From a virus (lineage: Duplodnaviria > Caudoviricetes): a DNA stretch of 64,000 nt. Shown one piece after another: positions 45,398 through 53,806 of this stretch; the stretch's first letter is position 1, and the number at the start of each line of letters is the position of its first letter. The translations under genes and the position numbers were made by a program. Where the stretch lies: the IMG/VR virus record IMGVR_UViG_3300042274_000720, positions 2,832 to 66,831 of that record. One strand, given 5' to 3'. Below the pieces are notes generated by a model. That model was not told the DNA's origin. It ran no database searches and saw nothing but the letters and a program-made list of their open reading frames with translations.

Positions 45398-46086
45398 GGC
45401 AGCAGCTCCGCCGCATAATCGTGCGGCTTCTCCAGGCGCTTCCGGCACGGCGGTATCCACAGCATGGACGGACCGATCTGAAGGCGCTGGCCGTCGGTGC
45501 GCCAGACGATCCAGCAGTAGGCCGTCGCCGTGGAGCCCTTCGGGTCCAGCCGGCCCTTGTGCATCGGCACCCGCTCGGCAAACTGCGCCACGATGTAGGG
45601 CCGCGTCGCGATGGGGTCGAACAGTTCCCGCCAGCGGTCCACGGACTCGAGGAAGGCCGTGCGGACGAGCATGGCGACGCCGACGCGGGCGATGCCAACG
45701 GCGCGCCGCACGAACTGATCGGCCACGCGGAACGGCGGGTTGGTGATGATCCAGTCGACGCGCTTGGCCTTGATGACGGCGCTCTCCGAGTCCGGCCACA
45801 GGAAATCGGCGACGCGCTCTTGCCGGGCATAGCGGTCGGAGTAGTCGAAGACGTCGCTGGTCCGGACGGTGGCGAAGTATTCCCGCAGCGGCTCGGCCAT
45901 GCTGCCGATGCCGCAAGCAGGCTCCCACACGGACATCTGGGCGAGTCGGTCGGCGCGCCACCCGTGGCCGATGATGACGTGCTCGACCAGCGCCCGCGTC
46001 GCCCAGGGCGGCGTTGGGAAGAAGTCCAGGCTGTCGCGGGGCTCGCGGCGCTGCTGCATGACGGCGGAGGATGTGTTCTGGCTCAT
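45394..46086 (-). CDS. DNA adenine (amino) methyltransferase
   Basis: DFFPTPPW, VWEPACGIG, IITNPPF. Confidence 0.85.
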   Translation of the reverse strand: MSQNTSSAVMQQRREPRDSLDFFPTPPWATRALVEHVIIGHGWRADRLAQMSVWEPACGIGSMAEPLREYFATVRTSDVFDYSDRYARQERVADFLWPDSESAVIKAKRVDWIITNPPFRVADQFVRRAVGIARVGVAMLVRTAFLESVDRWRELFDPIATRPYIVAQFAERVPMHKGRLDPKGSTATAYCWIVWRTDGQRLQIGPSMLWIPPCRKRLEKPHDYAAELLP

Positions 46087-46889
46087 CGCCACACCCCCGG
46101 CACCTTGGCCGGCTGGCCCTGATAAGCCCGGCCGTGGTGGTGCGCGCAGTAGGCGCCTTTGGCGATCTCGCCCTGGCAGTAGCGCCAGCCCTTGCGCACG
46201 TCGCCGTCGATCCAGCGGCAGCCCACCGGGTCGCGGTCGTGCGCGGGCTTGCGGCCGCCGTCGCTGATGGTGCCCAGCGTCTCGACGCCGCGGGGAAAGG
46301 TGACGGGCGCCCGCCGGGTCATGGTCCCGGTTGCCCTCGGGCGCCCGTCGCTAGCGGCCTGGGCGGGCCGCTCCGGCTTCTGCGGGGTGGACGGCACCGG
46401 CCCGGCCGGGTCACCACTCCCATCGGGGCACGCGGGGGGAAGCTCGCGCTTGGCGCCGCCCACCCCGCAAGAGCCGGAAAAAGTGGCCGGGGCATGGGGG
46501 TCAGAGGCCCCGGCCGAGTCGGAGGAGGAAACGTCCAACGGCACAAGGGCCGTGGTGTCCGGGCCGTCCGAAGCCCGAACCTCGGTGGCCGACGCGGCAG
46601 CGCGCCGGCGGATCTTGTAGACGTTATGGACGGAGCAACCGCAGGCGGCGGCGACGTCCTTGGGCGCCATGCCCTCGGCGAGCAGCGCCATGACGCGGTC
46701 GGCATCCACCGAGCCGCGCGGGGCCGGTGCCTGGGCGGGCTCGTCGGCGGCGACTTCGGCCAGCACGGCGTTGACGACGGTCAGGGTGACCAGGCACTTG
46801 CAGGACAGCGCGACCGGGTCGGTGGTGCCTGCCTCGTAGGCGGCGAGGACGCGGCGACGTGTGGCGGCGGGGATGGAGCGCTTAGACAT
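46083..46889 (-). CDS. HTH protein with C-terminal GcrA-like Cys/His domain
   Basis: Two HTH-like segments; GCRWIDGD...YC...GAYCAHHHGRAY. Confidence 0.65.
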   Translation of the reverse strand: MSKRSIPAATRRRVLAAYEAGTTDPVALSCKCLVTLTVVNAVLAEVAADEPAQAPAPRGSVDADRVMALLAEGMAPKDVAAACGCSVHNVYKIRRRAAASATEVRASDGPDTTALVPLDVSSSDSAGASDPHAPATFSGSCGVGGAKRELPPACPDGSGDPAGPVPSTPQKPERPAQAASDGRPRATGTMTRRAPVTFPRGVETLGTISDGGRKPAHDRDPVGCRWIDGDVRKGWRYCQGEIAKGAYCAHHHGRAYQGQPAKVPGVWR

Positions 46890-47088
46890 CACGCACCTCC
46901 AGGATCTCGACGGCGCCATGCTCTCCGCACCAGCCGTAGTCCTCGGTCATGGGCCACATGGGGCGGAGGCCCTGGTCGGTGCGCTCGTTCACGGGCGGGT
47001 AGCGCCGGCACTGGCCGTTCGTGGCGCCCGGCTTGAGGTTGCGGGACCAGAAGTAGCAGGTGGCGCAGCGGATCGTCGGGTTCGGCAT
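46882..47088 (-). CDS. Small Cys-containing phage protein
   Basis: CATCYFW...GQCRRYPP...WP...WCGEH. Confidence 0.6.
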   Translation of the reverse strand: MPNPTIRCATCYFWSRNLKPGATNGQCRRYPPVNERTDQGLRPMWPMTEDYGWCGEHGAVEILEVRDV

Positions 47089-47090
47089 CG

Positions 47091-47612
47091 TCACCACCCC
47101 TTTTCCCGAAGTTGCAGCGCGGCAGCATGCCAGTGGATGATGGCGTCCGACTCGTCCAGGGTCTGCGGATCGAAGCCCAGCGCGCGCAGATGATCGCGGG
47201 CCTCTTCCTTCGTCGCGTTGCCCTTGCCGACGACGGCCTTGTAGGCGGACGACCGGCCGTTCTCGGCGCACCAGAGCACGCGCTTGCGGGCCACGTCCTC
47301 GATGGTCTCCGCCAGGGCGTAGAGTAGGCGCGCGGTCTTGAAGCTCGTCTTGCCGCCGGCGTGGATCGGGCTCTCGTAGATGATCCCGCGCACCTTGTGC
47401 TCGCTGATCATCATGCCAAGCCAGCCGCGCATCGCATCGGTGGAGGTCGTGCGGGCGGTGCCGCTGCCGAGCAGGCCTGCGTTGAGCCCGCCGGCGGCGA
47501 TCTCCATGGGCGTGGTGACGAACGGCTGGCCGATCTGCCCGACGGCCCACCCGGTGTTGGTGGCCTGGTCGAGGGCGAGAAGGACGCCGGTGTGGTTGGT
47601 GGTGGTGGACAT
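47091..47612 (-). CDS. RuvC-like resolvase
   Basis: LLALDQATNTGWA, IYESP, GKGNATK, DESDAI. Confidence 0.7.
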   Translation of the reverse strand: MSTTTNHTGVLLALDQATNTGWAVGQIGQPFVTTPMEIAAGGLNAGLLGSGTARTTSTDAMRGWLGMMISEHKVRGIIYESPIHAGGKTSFKTARLLYALAETIEDVARKRVLWCAENGRSSAYKAVVGKGNATKEEARDHLRALGFDPQTLDESDAIIHWHAAALQLREKGW

Positions 47613-47816
47613 GCATCTTCCCCCTGCGTGTCGTAGGCTGCGGGCCTTCCACCCGCCGGGGCACGCCATTGCCGTGGCGCTCCTCTGCCGTGTTGTCCGG
47701 TTGCACGGCTCCGGCCGACGCGCAACGGCAGGGACGGGAAAGGCGAACCCGGCGCGGACCCTGCCGCCGCTGTCGACCGTCGGAGGCCGTCCGATCGCAC
47801 CGCGCCGGGTGTCTCG

Positions 47817-48734
47817 TCAGACGGTGTAGGCGCCGCCACTCATGCCGCCGGCCGCGCGCTTGGACGGCGGAACGGCGGTGCCGGGGCGCTCCAGGCGGTG
47901 GACGTTGGTGTCCGCCTCGTCGCCGAACTCCAGGCCGTCGTCCTCGGCTTCGGCGGTCGCTTCCGCCTGGTCCTCGCCCTGCACTTCAGCGCGCTCGGCG
48001 TAGCCCATGCCCTCGGCATCTTCGACCGGCGCCGGCTCCGCTGCCTCGCTCAGTTCCTGGTCGCGCTGCTTCCAGCCGTCGGCCCAGATGGTCCGGCGGA
48101 CCTTGTCGCTCTTCTTGTGCGGGTTGTCCTTGAGCGTCCCGCCCGCATCGCGCTGGTCGCGCCCGGCATTGAAGACGGCGCCCGCGTCCTCGGGCATGTC
48201 CTCGGCGCTGATGTTGGCCTCGTCCCAAGCGTCCTCCGCCGTGGCGACGGCGTCGGCCAGTTCGGGCGCCTCGCCCTTGGCGCCATCTTCGGCCTCGGCG
48301 GCCACCGGCTCGGGCTCGGGATGGACGATCTCGCCGCTCTCGCCGATGGGCTCGCCCTCGCCCTGCCAGGGCTGGGCATCGGCGGCGGCCTGAGCCGCAT
48401 TCAGCGTGTCCACGTCGTCAGCCGTCACCTGGTCTTCGTCGAACAGGTCGCCCTGGGCGTCGAGGTCCAGGTGCAGACGGATTTCATCGAACGAGCGCAG
48501 GAAGTCGGCGCGCTTGTCGTCGCTCATCTTCTGGAGCTTGAGGCCCAGCTTGATCGCCTCGCTGTGCCCGCCGCAGTCCTTCAGCCGCTTCCAGGCCGAC
48601 GCGTTGTGGCTGGTCGCGTCGTCCTTCTTCTGGCCGGCGCTGATGACGTTGTTGATGTGCCACTTCACATCCTTCTTCGGCAGGCCGGCGACGGTGTTCT
48701 CGCTACCGGCGGCGTCCTTCAGCTTCTTCGCCAT
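47817..48734 (-). CDS. Acidic protein with GapR-like N-terminus and Rmf-like motif
   Basis: Helical N-domain ending LDLDAQGDLF; FNAGR...DNPH...RTIWADGW motif. Confidence 0.45.
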   Translation of the reverse strand: MAKKLKDAAGSENTVAGLPKKDVKWHINNVISAGQKKDDATSHNASAWKRLKDCGGHSEAIKLGLKLQKMSDDKRADFLRSFDEIRLHLDLDAQGDLFDEDQVTADDVDTLNAAQAAADAQPWQGEGEPIGESGEIVHPEPEPVAAEAEDGAKGEAPELADAVATAEDAWDEANISAEDMPEDAGAVFNAGRDQRDAGGTLKDNPHKKSDKVRRTIWADGWKQRDQELSEAAEPAPVEDAEGMGYAERAEVQGEDQAEATAEAEDDGLEFGDEADTNVHRLERPGTAVPPSKRAAGGMSGGAYTV

Positions 48735-48748
48735 GGTCAGGGTCTCCT

Positions 48749-49276
48749 TCAGGCTTCCGTGCCGCCGACGACGCGGAGGCGGGCGTGGGTGGGTTCGTCG
48801 ATGGTGCCGGCGGCGCGCGCGGCATCGAGGATCTGGTTGGTGATGGCGGTCAGGCGCTCGCGGGAGCGCGCCAGCTGGACCACGGCGTCGGCGTCCAGAG
48901 GTTCCGCCTGCCCGGCCATGCCGCCGAACTGCCCCACCAGCTCCACCAAGCGGAACAGCAGGGTGTTGATGCTGTCGGCCGGCGGTGCGGCTTCGCGCGA
49001 GCGCCAGGTGATGTCCAGGCCGAGTTCCGCCGCATGGGCCAGCAGCATGAGCGGCTGCCGTTCCTCGGGCGCCAGCTGCGGCGCCATCATCAGCGCCCGG
49101 TCCAGGCGGATGGCGCGCGGGTGGGCCAACGCATGGCTGGGGCAGTTGTGATGACCGGCCTTACGGACCTGATCCACGCCATAGCCGGTCGCGGCGGCAC
49201 ACCGCTTGTCGCCCAGCAGCTCAATCGCGCGGCGGATTGCGTCTTCCAAGGTGTCGGGTTCGCGTTCGTGCGTCAT
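48749..49276 (-). CDS. CII-like regulator
   Basis: Position after cro; TLEDAIRRAIELLG...AIRLDRAL. Confidence 0.55.
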   Translation of the reverse strand: MTHEREPDTLEDAIRRAIELLGDKRCAAATGYGVDQVRKAGHHNCPSHALAHPRAIRLDRALMMAPQLAPEERQPLMLLAHAAELGLDITWRSREAAPPADSINTLLFRLVELVGQFGGMAGQAEPLDADAVVQLARSRERLTAITNQILDAARAAGTIDEPTHARLRVVGGTEA

Positions 49277-49392
49277 GGGTTTGTCCGGAATTCGGGAATG
49301 GGTTGGACATCGCGGGTGGTGCGGCGACGCGGGCCTTACGGCACCATCACCTCATGAACAGGGTCAGGAATTGCATCGGCAGCCGCACCGCC

Positions 49393-49632
49393 ATGGGCAC
49401 CGTCATCCCCTTCCCCGAGAGCCGCATCGTCCGCCCGGCCGTCGTCGGCAGCCCGTTCACGGAGGCTGTCGGTGTCCTGGGGCTGGCGGCGTTCCTGCTG
49501 GCGGACGCGGTCGCGGCAGACTCGGACCAGGCGCTGCGGCTCGGGCTGTCGGGCCTCAGCGCCCAGCTCGCGGCGCTTCACACGCAGGCGCGGCGGCAGG
49601 TCGAGAAGGGCGCGGCAGATGGCAAGCGATGA
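49393..49632 (+). CDS. Small antisense-oriented ORF between cro and cII
   Basis: MGTVIPFPE..., GC3-biased, helical. Confidence 0.4.
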   Translation: MGTVIPFPESRIVRPAVVGSPFTEAVGVLGLAAFLLADAVAADSDQALRLGLSGLSAQLAALHTQARRQVEKGAADGKR

Positions 49633-49634
49633 GG

Positions 49635-49895
49635 TCATGCGCTGGCTCCCGCCGCCACTTTCGGCGTGCGCGGCGTAGGGGCTGGCCGGCGTGTCGCGGC
49701 GATGCGGGCGAGCGCGTCAAGGCTCACCCCTTCGATACCTCGCGCATCGGCCGCTTTGACGATGTCGAGCCAGCGGTACGCGGGTATGCTGTTGCGATTG
49801 CGCCAAGCCCGCACGGTGACACCGCTCTCGCCGATGTCATCCCCCAGCGCCTCGGCGCTCGGCCAAAGGCCGATGATGTCTGCGTAGGTCTCCAT
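49635..49895 (-). CDS. cro: Cro-like repressor
   Basis: IIGLWPSAEALGDDIG...TVRAWRNRNSIPAYRWLDIV; divergent from cI. Confidence 0.75.
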   Translation of the reverse strand: METYADIIGLWPSAEALGDDIGESGVTVRAWRNRNSIPAYRWLDIVKAADARGIEGVSLDALARIAATRRPAPTPRTPKVAAGASA

Positions 49896-49903
49896 ACCAC
49901 TTA

Positions 49904-49948
49904 CGATACGCATTGCATCGGTATCGCACAAGACCTTTTGTATCAGAC
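49904..49948 (-). promoter_or_regulatory. PR/OR-like operator-promoter
   Basis: 45-nt near-duplicate (inverted) of 52911-52955. Confidence 0.7.
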
Positions 49949-49982
49949 TAAGCCGATGGGTGGCGCTACAATGTGTCTCACC

Positions 49983-50699
49983 ATGACGACAGTAGCCGAA
50001 AGATTGCGGGAGAAGCGTGAGGCTGCGGGCTACGAGTCCGCGTCGGACTTCGCGCGCGCCCATGGCTTCACGGAGCCGACGTACCGGGCCCACGAGAACG
50101 GCACCCGCAATCCCGGCGCGCCGGCGCTCAAGCAGTATGCTGAGGCGCTGGGCGTGGACTGGCGATGGCTTATGCTCGGCGACGACTTCGTTGAGCTGGG
50201 CGATCAGGTCGTCACGATATCGCCGGAGCAGCGTGGGGAGCGCGAGCGCAAGGAGGCGAGCCGCGTGAGCTCGACATCCATCTCGGTCGATGAATTGGAT
50301 GTCAGGGCCAACGGGGGGTACGGCCTAGTGCATGACGCGAAGGAGTCGGAGCCGGTCGTATCGCGCTGGCAGATGCCGGGGGACTTGGTGCGGGGCCAGA
50401 CGACGGCGCCACCGAAAAGCTTGAAGATCATCACCGTATACGGCGACTCGATGACGCCCGACTTCCTGCCGGGCGAGCGCGTCCTTGTGGACCTCGACGA
50501 CAGGCGGCCGTCACCGCCGGGCGTCTTCGTCCTCTGGGACGGTATGGGGCTGGTCATCAAGCGCCTGGAACTGGTGCCGGGCACCGACCCGCCGATGGTT
50601 CGGCTGATCCCGCGCAACGACCAGTATCAGACCTATGAGCAGCCGATCACCGATATGCACATCAACGGCCGCGTGATCGGGAAGTGGCTGTGGACGTGA
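49983..50699 (+). CDS. cI: CI repressor (XRE HTH + S24 peptidase)
   Basis: HTH ...YRAHENG; ANGG cleavage-like site, VYGDSMTP, VIKRL. Confidence 0.9.
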   Translation: MTTVAERLREKREAAGYESASDFARAHGFTEPTYRAHENGTRNPGAPALKQYAEALGVDWRWLMLGDDFVELGDQVVTISPEQRGERERKEASRVSSTSISVDELDVRANGGYGLVHDAKESEPVVSRWQMPGDLVRGQTTAPPKSLKIITVYGDSMTPDFLPGERVLVDLDDRRPSPPGVFVLWDGMGLVIKRLELVPGTDPPMVRLIPRNDQYQTYEQPITDMHINGRVIGKWLWT

Positions 50700-50734
50700 T
50701 CGGCCGCGTCGTATGGATCGGGAGGCGAGTATGA
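50696..50734 (+). pseudogene. Relic 3' end of another S24 repressor
   Basis: Translates VIGRVVWIGRRV*. Confidence 0.65.
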
Positions 50735-51045
50735 GGGGGCGGTTGTCGACCACGGCGCTTGCCGTTGCCGCCGCAATGACCGGGGTGGCGTCCGTCCACG
50801 CCGAGGACCTGGACACGCCAGGCCTGCCGCAACTCGACCAGCTGCTCACCGAGGCGGAACCGGAGCCCCGTGACAACCGGCAGGACGAAGACGCCGAGCG
50901 AATGCGGGTAGAGCGGGCATGGTGCGTTCTTGATCACCTAGACCTCGCATCCGGCGACGGCTTTGCCCTGCTCTGGCGTGCGTGCGACGACTTGGCAGCG
51001 GCGGGGCGTTACAGCAGCCCGAATGCAGCCGGATTTGGCGACTAA
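50731..51045 (+). CDS. Hypothetical exported protein
   Basis: Signal-peptide-like N-terminus; ATGA overlap with the relic stop. Confidence 0.55.
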   Translation: MRGRLSTTALAVAAAMTGVASVHAEDLDTPGLPQLDQLLTEAEPEPRDNRQDEDAERMRVERAWCVLDHLDLASGDGFALLWRACDDLAAAGRYSSPNAAGFGD

Positions 51046-51046
51046 C

Positions 51047-51094
51047 CTGACGGTGATCGGCCGCGTGGTGTGGATCGTGGGGAGGAAGGTGTGA
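51047..51094 (+). pseudogene. Second relic repressor 3' end
   Basis: Translates LTVIGRVVWIVGRKV*. Confidence 0.6.
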
Positions 51095-51143
51095 CACGCA
51101 TTCAAATGGCTGCCCTGGCGCTCCGTCAGGAGTGTTGACAAAT

Positions 51144-51644
51144 ATGGCAACACTGAACGATCTTATGGCCCAAGGAGTTTTGCAGCGCTTTGAGCCCGAC
51201 CTTCCGCCTGAGCGCCTTTGCTACCGCCAGTTCTACATCAGTCAGGCATTCGTTCGATGGGCGGACCAAATCCTTCCAGACCTTATTCCTCGATGGGATA
51301 CGGAACTTGAGCCCATCCAACAGGTGCAAGATCTTCTAGGAAAGTTCATCTGCGGAGAGCGCCTCGCCTGGATTAATGAGTACCACCCTATGCGCCCGGA
51401 AGAACGAGGCGTATGGGAAATGAAAACCGCTGATGTCCGCATCTACGGATGGTTTTACCGACGCGACGTGTTCATCGCGCACCAGGGGTGCGATGCGACT
51501 CGCGCGAAAGGCAACGACGGCTTTTCCAGCCTTCACGGGAGCCTAAGGGCCGAAACGGAACGGTTTCGAAGCACGTTGGACCTAGACCCGCCGTTGTTCA
51601 TTGAAGGAAGCGACCCCGATGACGTCTTTTCGCCTGAAAATTGA
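51144..51644 (+). CDS. RelE/HigB-like toxin candidate
   Basis: GVWEMKTADVRIYGWF resembles the RelE-fold core; low GC. Confidence 0.5.
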   Translation: MATLNDLMAQGVLQRFEPDLPPERLCYRQFYISQAFVRWADQILPDLIPRWDTELEPIQQVQDLLGKFICGERLAWINEYHPMRPEERGVWEMKTADVRIYGWFYRRDVFIAHQGCDATRAKGNDGFSSLHGSLRAETERFRSTLDLDPPLFIEGSDPDDVFSPEN

Positions 51645-52026
51645 CCCCAAGCGCCGGGCAGTAGCTCGTTTCGTGATGACCGTTCGCGATGAGCTTCAGC
51701 GAGCTCTGGCGGAAGAAGCTGCGCGCACGGGCCTGACCAAGTCGGAAGTAGCCAACCGGCTCGGCATCCACCGATCTGCGATCTCGCGCCGCATCAAAGG
51801 AACAGACAACTTGTCGCTCACCTCGGTCGCCGAGATGATGTGGGCTATGGACCGCGACCCCATCTTTGGCAGCAAGCCGAAATACCAAAAAGCTGGGAGC
51901 AATGAACAAGTCGCACGCCTGAGCGATGAGGTCCGGCCCGAGTACAGAAAATTAGGAAACGCCTCCAGCGCATCAGGTAACATCGATCGCGCAGCTTCCC
52001 GAAAAATGTCCTACACTGCGGCCTGA
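51619..52026 (+). CDS. XRE-HTH antitoxin candidate with long C-terminal tail
   Basis: GLTKSEVANRLGIHRSAISRRIKGTDNLSLTSVAEM; overlaps the upstream gene. Confidence 0.65.
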   Translation: MTSFRLKIDPKRRAVARFVMTVRDELQRALAEEAARTGLTKSEVANRLGIHRSAISRRIKGTDNLSLTSVAEMMWAMDRDPIFGSKPKYQKAGSNEQVARLSDEVRPEYRKLGNASSASGNIDRAASRKMSYTAA

Positions 52027-52031
52027 ATGTA

Positions 52032-52478
52032 ATGAATAAATATATGCACGTAGCCTACTGCGACGACGTAAGGCACGAACTGAGCGGCAAGATATCACTC
52101 ATAGGATGCTATGGCTCTGAAATGGTTTTGGAGAGTATTCCTGCCATTGTACCAAAGTTCTGCATGTTCATCTGGATTGCTGTGCCATTCAATGAAGCAC
52201 CGGAGAATGCGACCATACGTGTTTCTCTAGATGGAAAAGAAATAATTAGTAATGAAGTTAATTTTCGAAAGGCGCCTGATCTCGGTGAAGAGGAAACCTC
52301 TAGCCCGACTAAATGGCTGGTCGCAAATCCGATTTATGAGTTCTCGCCTTTTGAAATTCCGCAGCCCGGCGTATTGCGGGTCAGCGCATTTTTTGAAGAG
52401 GAAGAACTAAGAGCGCCGGCACTAACTATCAGTGAAGCCTCTCGTGCGCCCTCGCCGGAAGAGAAAAGCACCCACTAA
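52032..52478 (+). CDS. Beta-rich protein (DUF6941-like)
   Basis: YCDDVRHELSGKISLIGCY motif recalled for this family. Confidence 0.55.
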   Translation: MNKYMHVAYCDDVRHELSGKISLIGCYGSEMVLESIPAIVPKFCMFIWIAVPFNEAPENATIRVSLDGKEIISNEVNFRKAPDLGEEETSSPTKWLVANPIYEFSPFEIPQPGVLRVSAFFEEEELRAPALTISEASRAPSPEEKSTH

Positions 52479-52488
52479 CACTGCTTCC

Positions 52489-52515
52489 GCCCCGCCCACC
52501 GGCGGGGCATTTTTT
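52489..52515 (+). terminator. Rho-independent terminator
   Basis: GCCCCGCC-CACC-GGCGGGGC followed by ATTTTTT. Confidence 0.75.
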
Positions 52516-52575
52516 GACTCGCCGCGAGAACGCATAAGGAACAAAATGGCGAACCATCACCACAGGAGGTACGCC

Positions 52576-52806
52576 ATGAAGCTCACGTCCGGCCTTTTCG
52601 CCGTCATCGCCCAGGGGCGCGTCCGCTGGCTCGTCAGTGCCGAGTCGGCCCCGGAGGCCATCGACATCGCCCGGCCGCTCGCGCACATCGGCGGCATCAC
52701 CGGCACCCTGACCGCCCGCGAAGCTGGGGAAGCGGAGGCAGCGCGGTATCACGAGGCGAGCCGGTCCTGGAGCGGAGAGGTGGCGCTGGCAGCACTGCCC
52801 GTGTAG
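52576..52806 (+). CDS. Small hypothetical protein
   Basis: AGGAGG RBS, own terminator. Confidence 0.6.
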   Translation: MKLTSGLFAVIAQGRVRWLVSAESAPEAIDIARPLAHIGGITGTLTAREAGEAEAARYHEASRSWSGEVALAALPV

Positions 52807-52829
52807 GCGCACCAGCCCCTCTACGCCAA

Positions 52830-52862
52830 GCCCCGCCCGCCCCAGCCGGCGGGGTTCTTTTT
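52830..52862 (+). terminator. Rho-independent terminator
   Basis: GCCCCGCC...GGCGGGGT followed by TCTTTTT. Confidence 0.65.
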
Positions 52863-52910
52863 GTGCAGAAGGCATCTACGCAATACGGCGTGATGCATCG
52901 AAAGCGGTAC

Positions 52911-52955
52911 GTCTGATACAAAAAGTATTGCATTGCACCGATGCATTGCGTATCG
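52911..52955 (+). promoter_or_regulatory. PL/OL-like operator-promoter
   Basis: GTCTGATACAAAA...ACCGATGCATTGCGTATCG mirrors 49904-49948. Confidence 0.7.
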
Positions 52956-52991
52956 TTCACCCATCACCACCGCACAGGGGAGATGGGGAAG

Positions 52992-53270
52992 ATGACCTCC
53001 CAAGCTGAAACCACCGCTGCCGTCACCGACATCCCATACCTCGCGAACAAGGTCGCCGAGTTCGAGGCCGCCCCGCCGCGCTCGTTGCGCCGCGACTTCC
53101 TGTTGTCAGCCCTGATGGGAGACATGCAGGACCTCGGCATCGAGCCGACGCCCGAGTTGCTGGAGGAGGCTGGCATCGCCCGGCGCGACGTCGCCGGCCA
53201 CTGGGACGCCGCTTGTTCCATGCTGCGCAAGCACCGGAACACCACCGGGGAGGGCCGCACCGATGCGTGA
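52992..53270 (+). CDS. Hypothetical early protein
   Basis: First ORF after PL. Confidence 0.55.
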   Translation: MTSQAETTAAVTDIPYLANKVAEFEAAPPRSLRRDFLLSALMGDMQDLGIEPTPELLEEAGIARRDVAGHWDAACSMLRKHRNTTGEGRTDA

Positions 53271-53688
53271 CACCCGCACCCTCGGCACCGAGTGCCACGA
53301 CCTGATCGAGACGCTGTACGGCCAGGCGCTTGCCGCCGGTGACGAGCTGCTGTCCGAACGCTGCTCCGCCGCCATGGAGGCCCTGCGCGACATTGGCCGC
53401 GTCGGCGAGCCGCTGCGCCTCGAGGCGGGCGGCGTCTACGTCACCCGCGACTTCCGCCGCGTGCGCATCGTCGACACGGAATACCGCTACGGCAGCGACG
53501 ACTCGTTCCTCTGCCTCGGGCTGATCAGCCTGCCCAGCGGCGGCGAGCTGATCGAGCTCTATACGTTCGAGGGGCGCCGCTTCCTCGGGCGGAGCGCGGA
53601 TCCGTCGGACATCGTCGGCCTCTGGCACGACGGCCTCGCCGCTCCGGCCCCGGCGCTACCCGAGCCCTACCCGCAAGCCGCCGAATAG
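53263..53688 (+). CDS. Hypothetical early protein
   Basis: Coupled ORF; LEAGGVYVTRDFRRVRIV. Confidence 0.55.
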   Translation: MRDTRTLGTECHDLIETLYGQALAAGDELLSERCSAAMEALRDIGRVGEPLRLEAGGVYVTRDFRRVRIVDTEYRYGSDDSFLCLGLISLPSGGELIELYTFEGRRFLGRSADPSDIVGLWHDGLAAPAPALPEPYPQAAE

Positions 53689-53806
53689 CTCCCCCGCCCG
53701 AGCCCGCCGACAGCCCCGAAGTCGGCGGCTTGGGGCGCGGCCAGGGTTTCCCTCCCCCTCCCTGGCCCTGGCCGCGCAACAAGCCGCGGAACATGGAGAC
53801 GCACCC

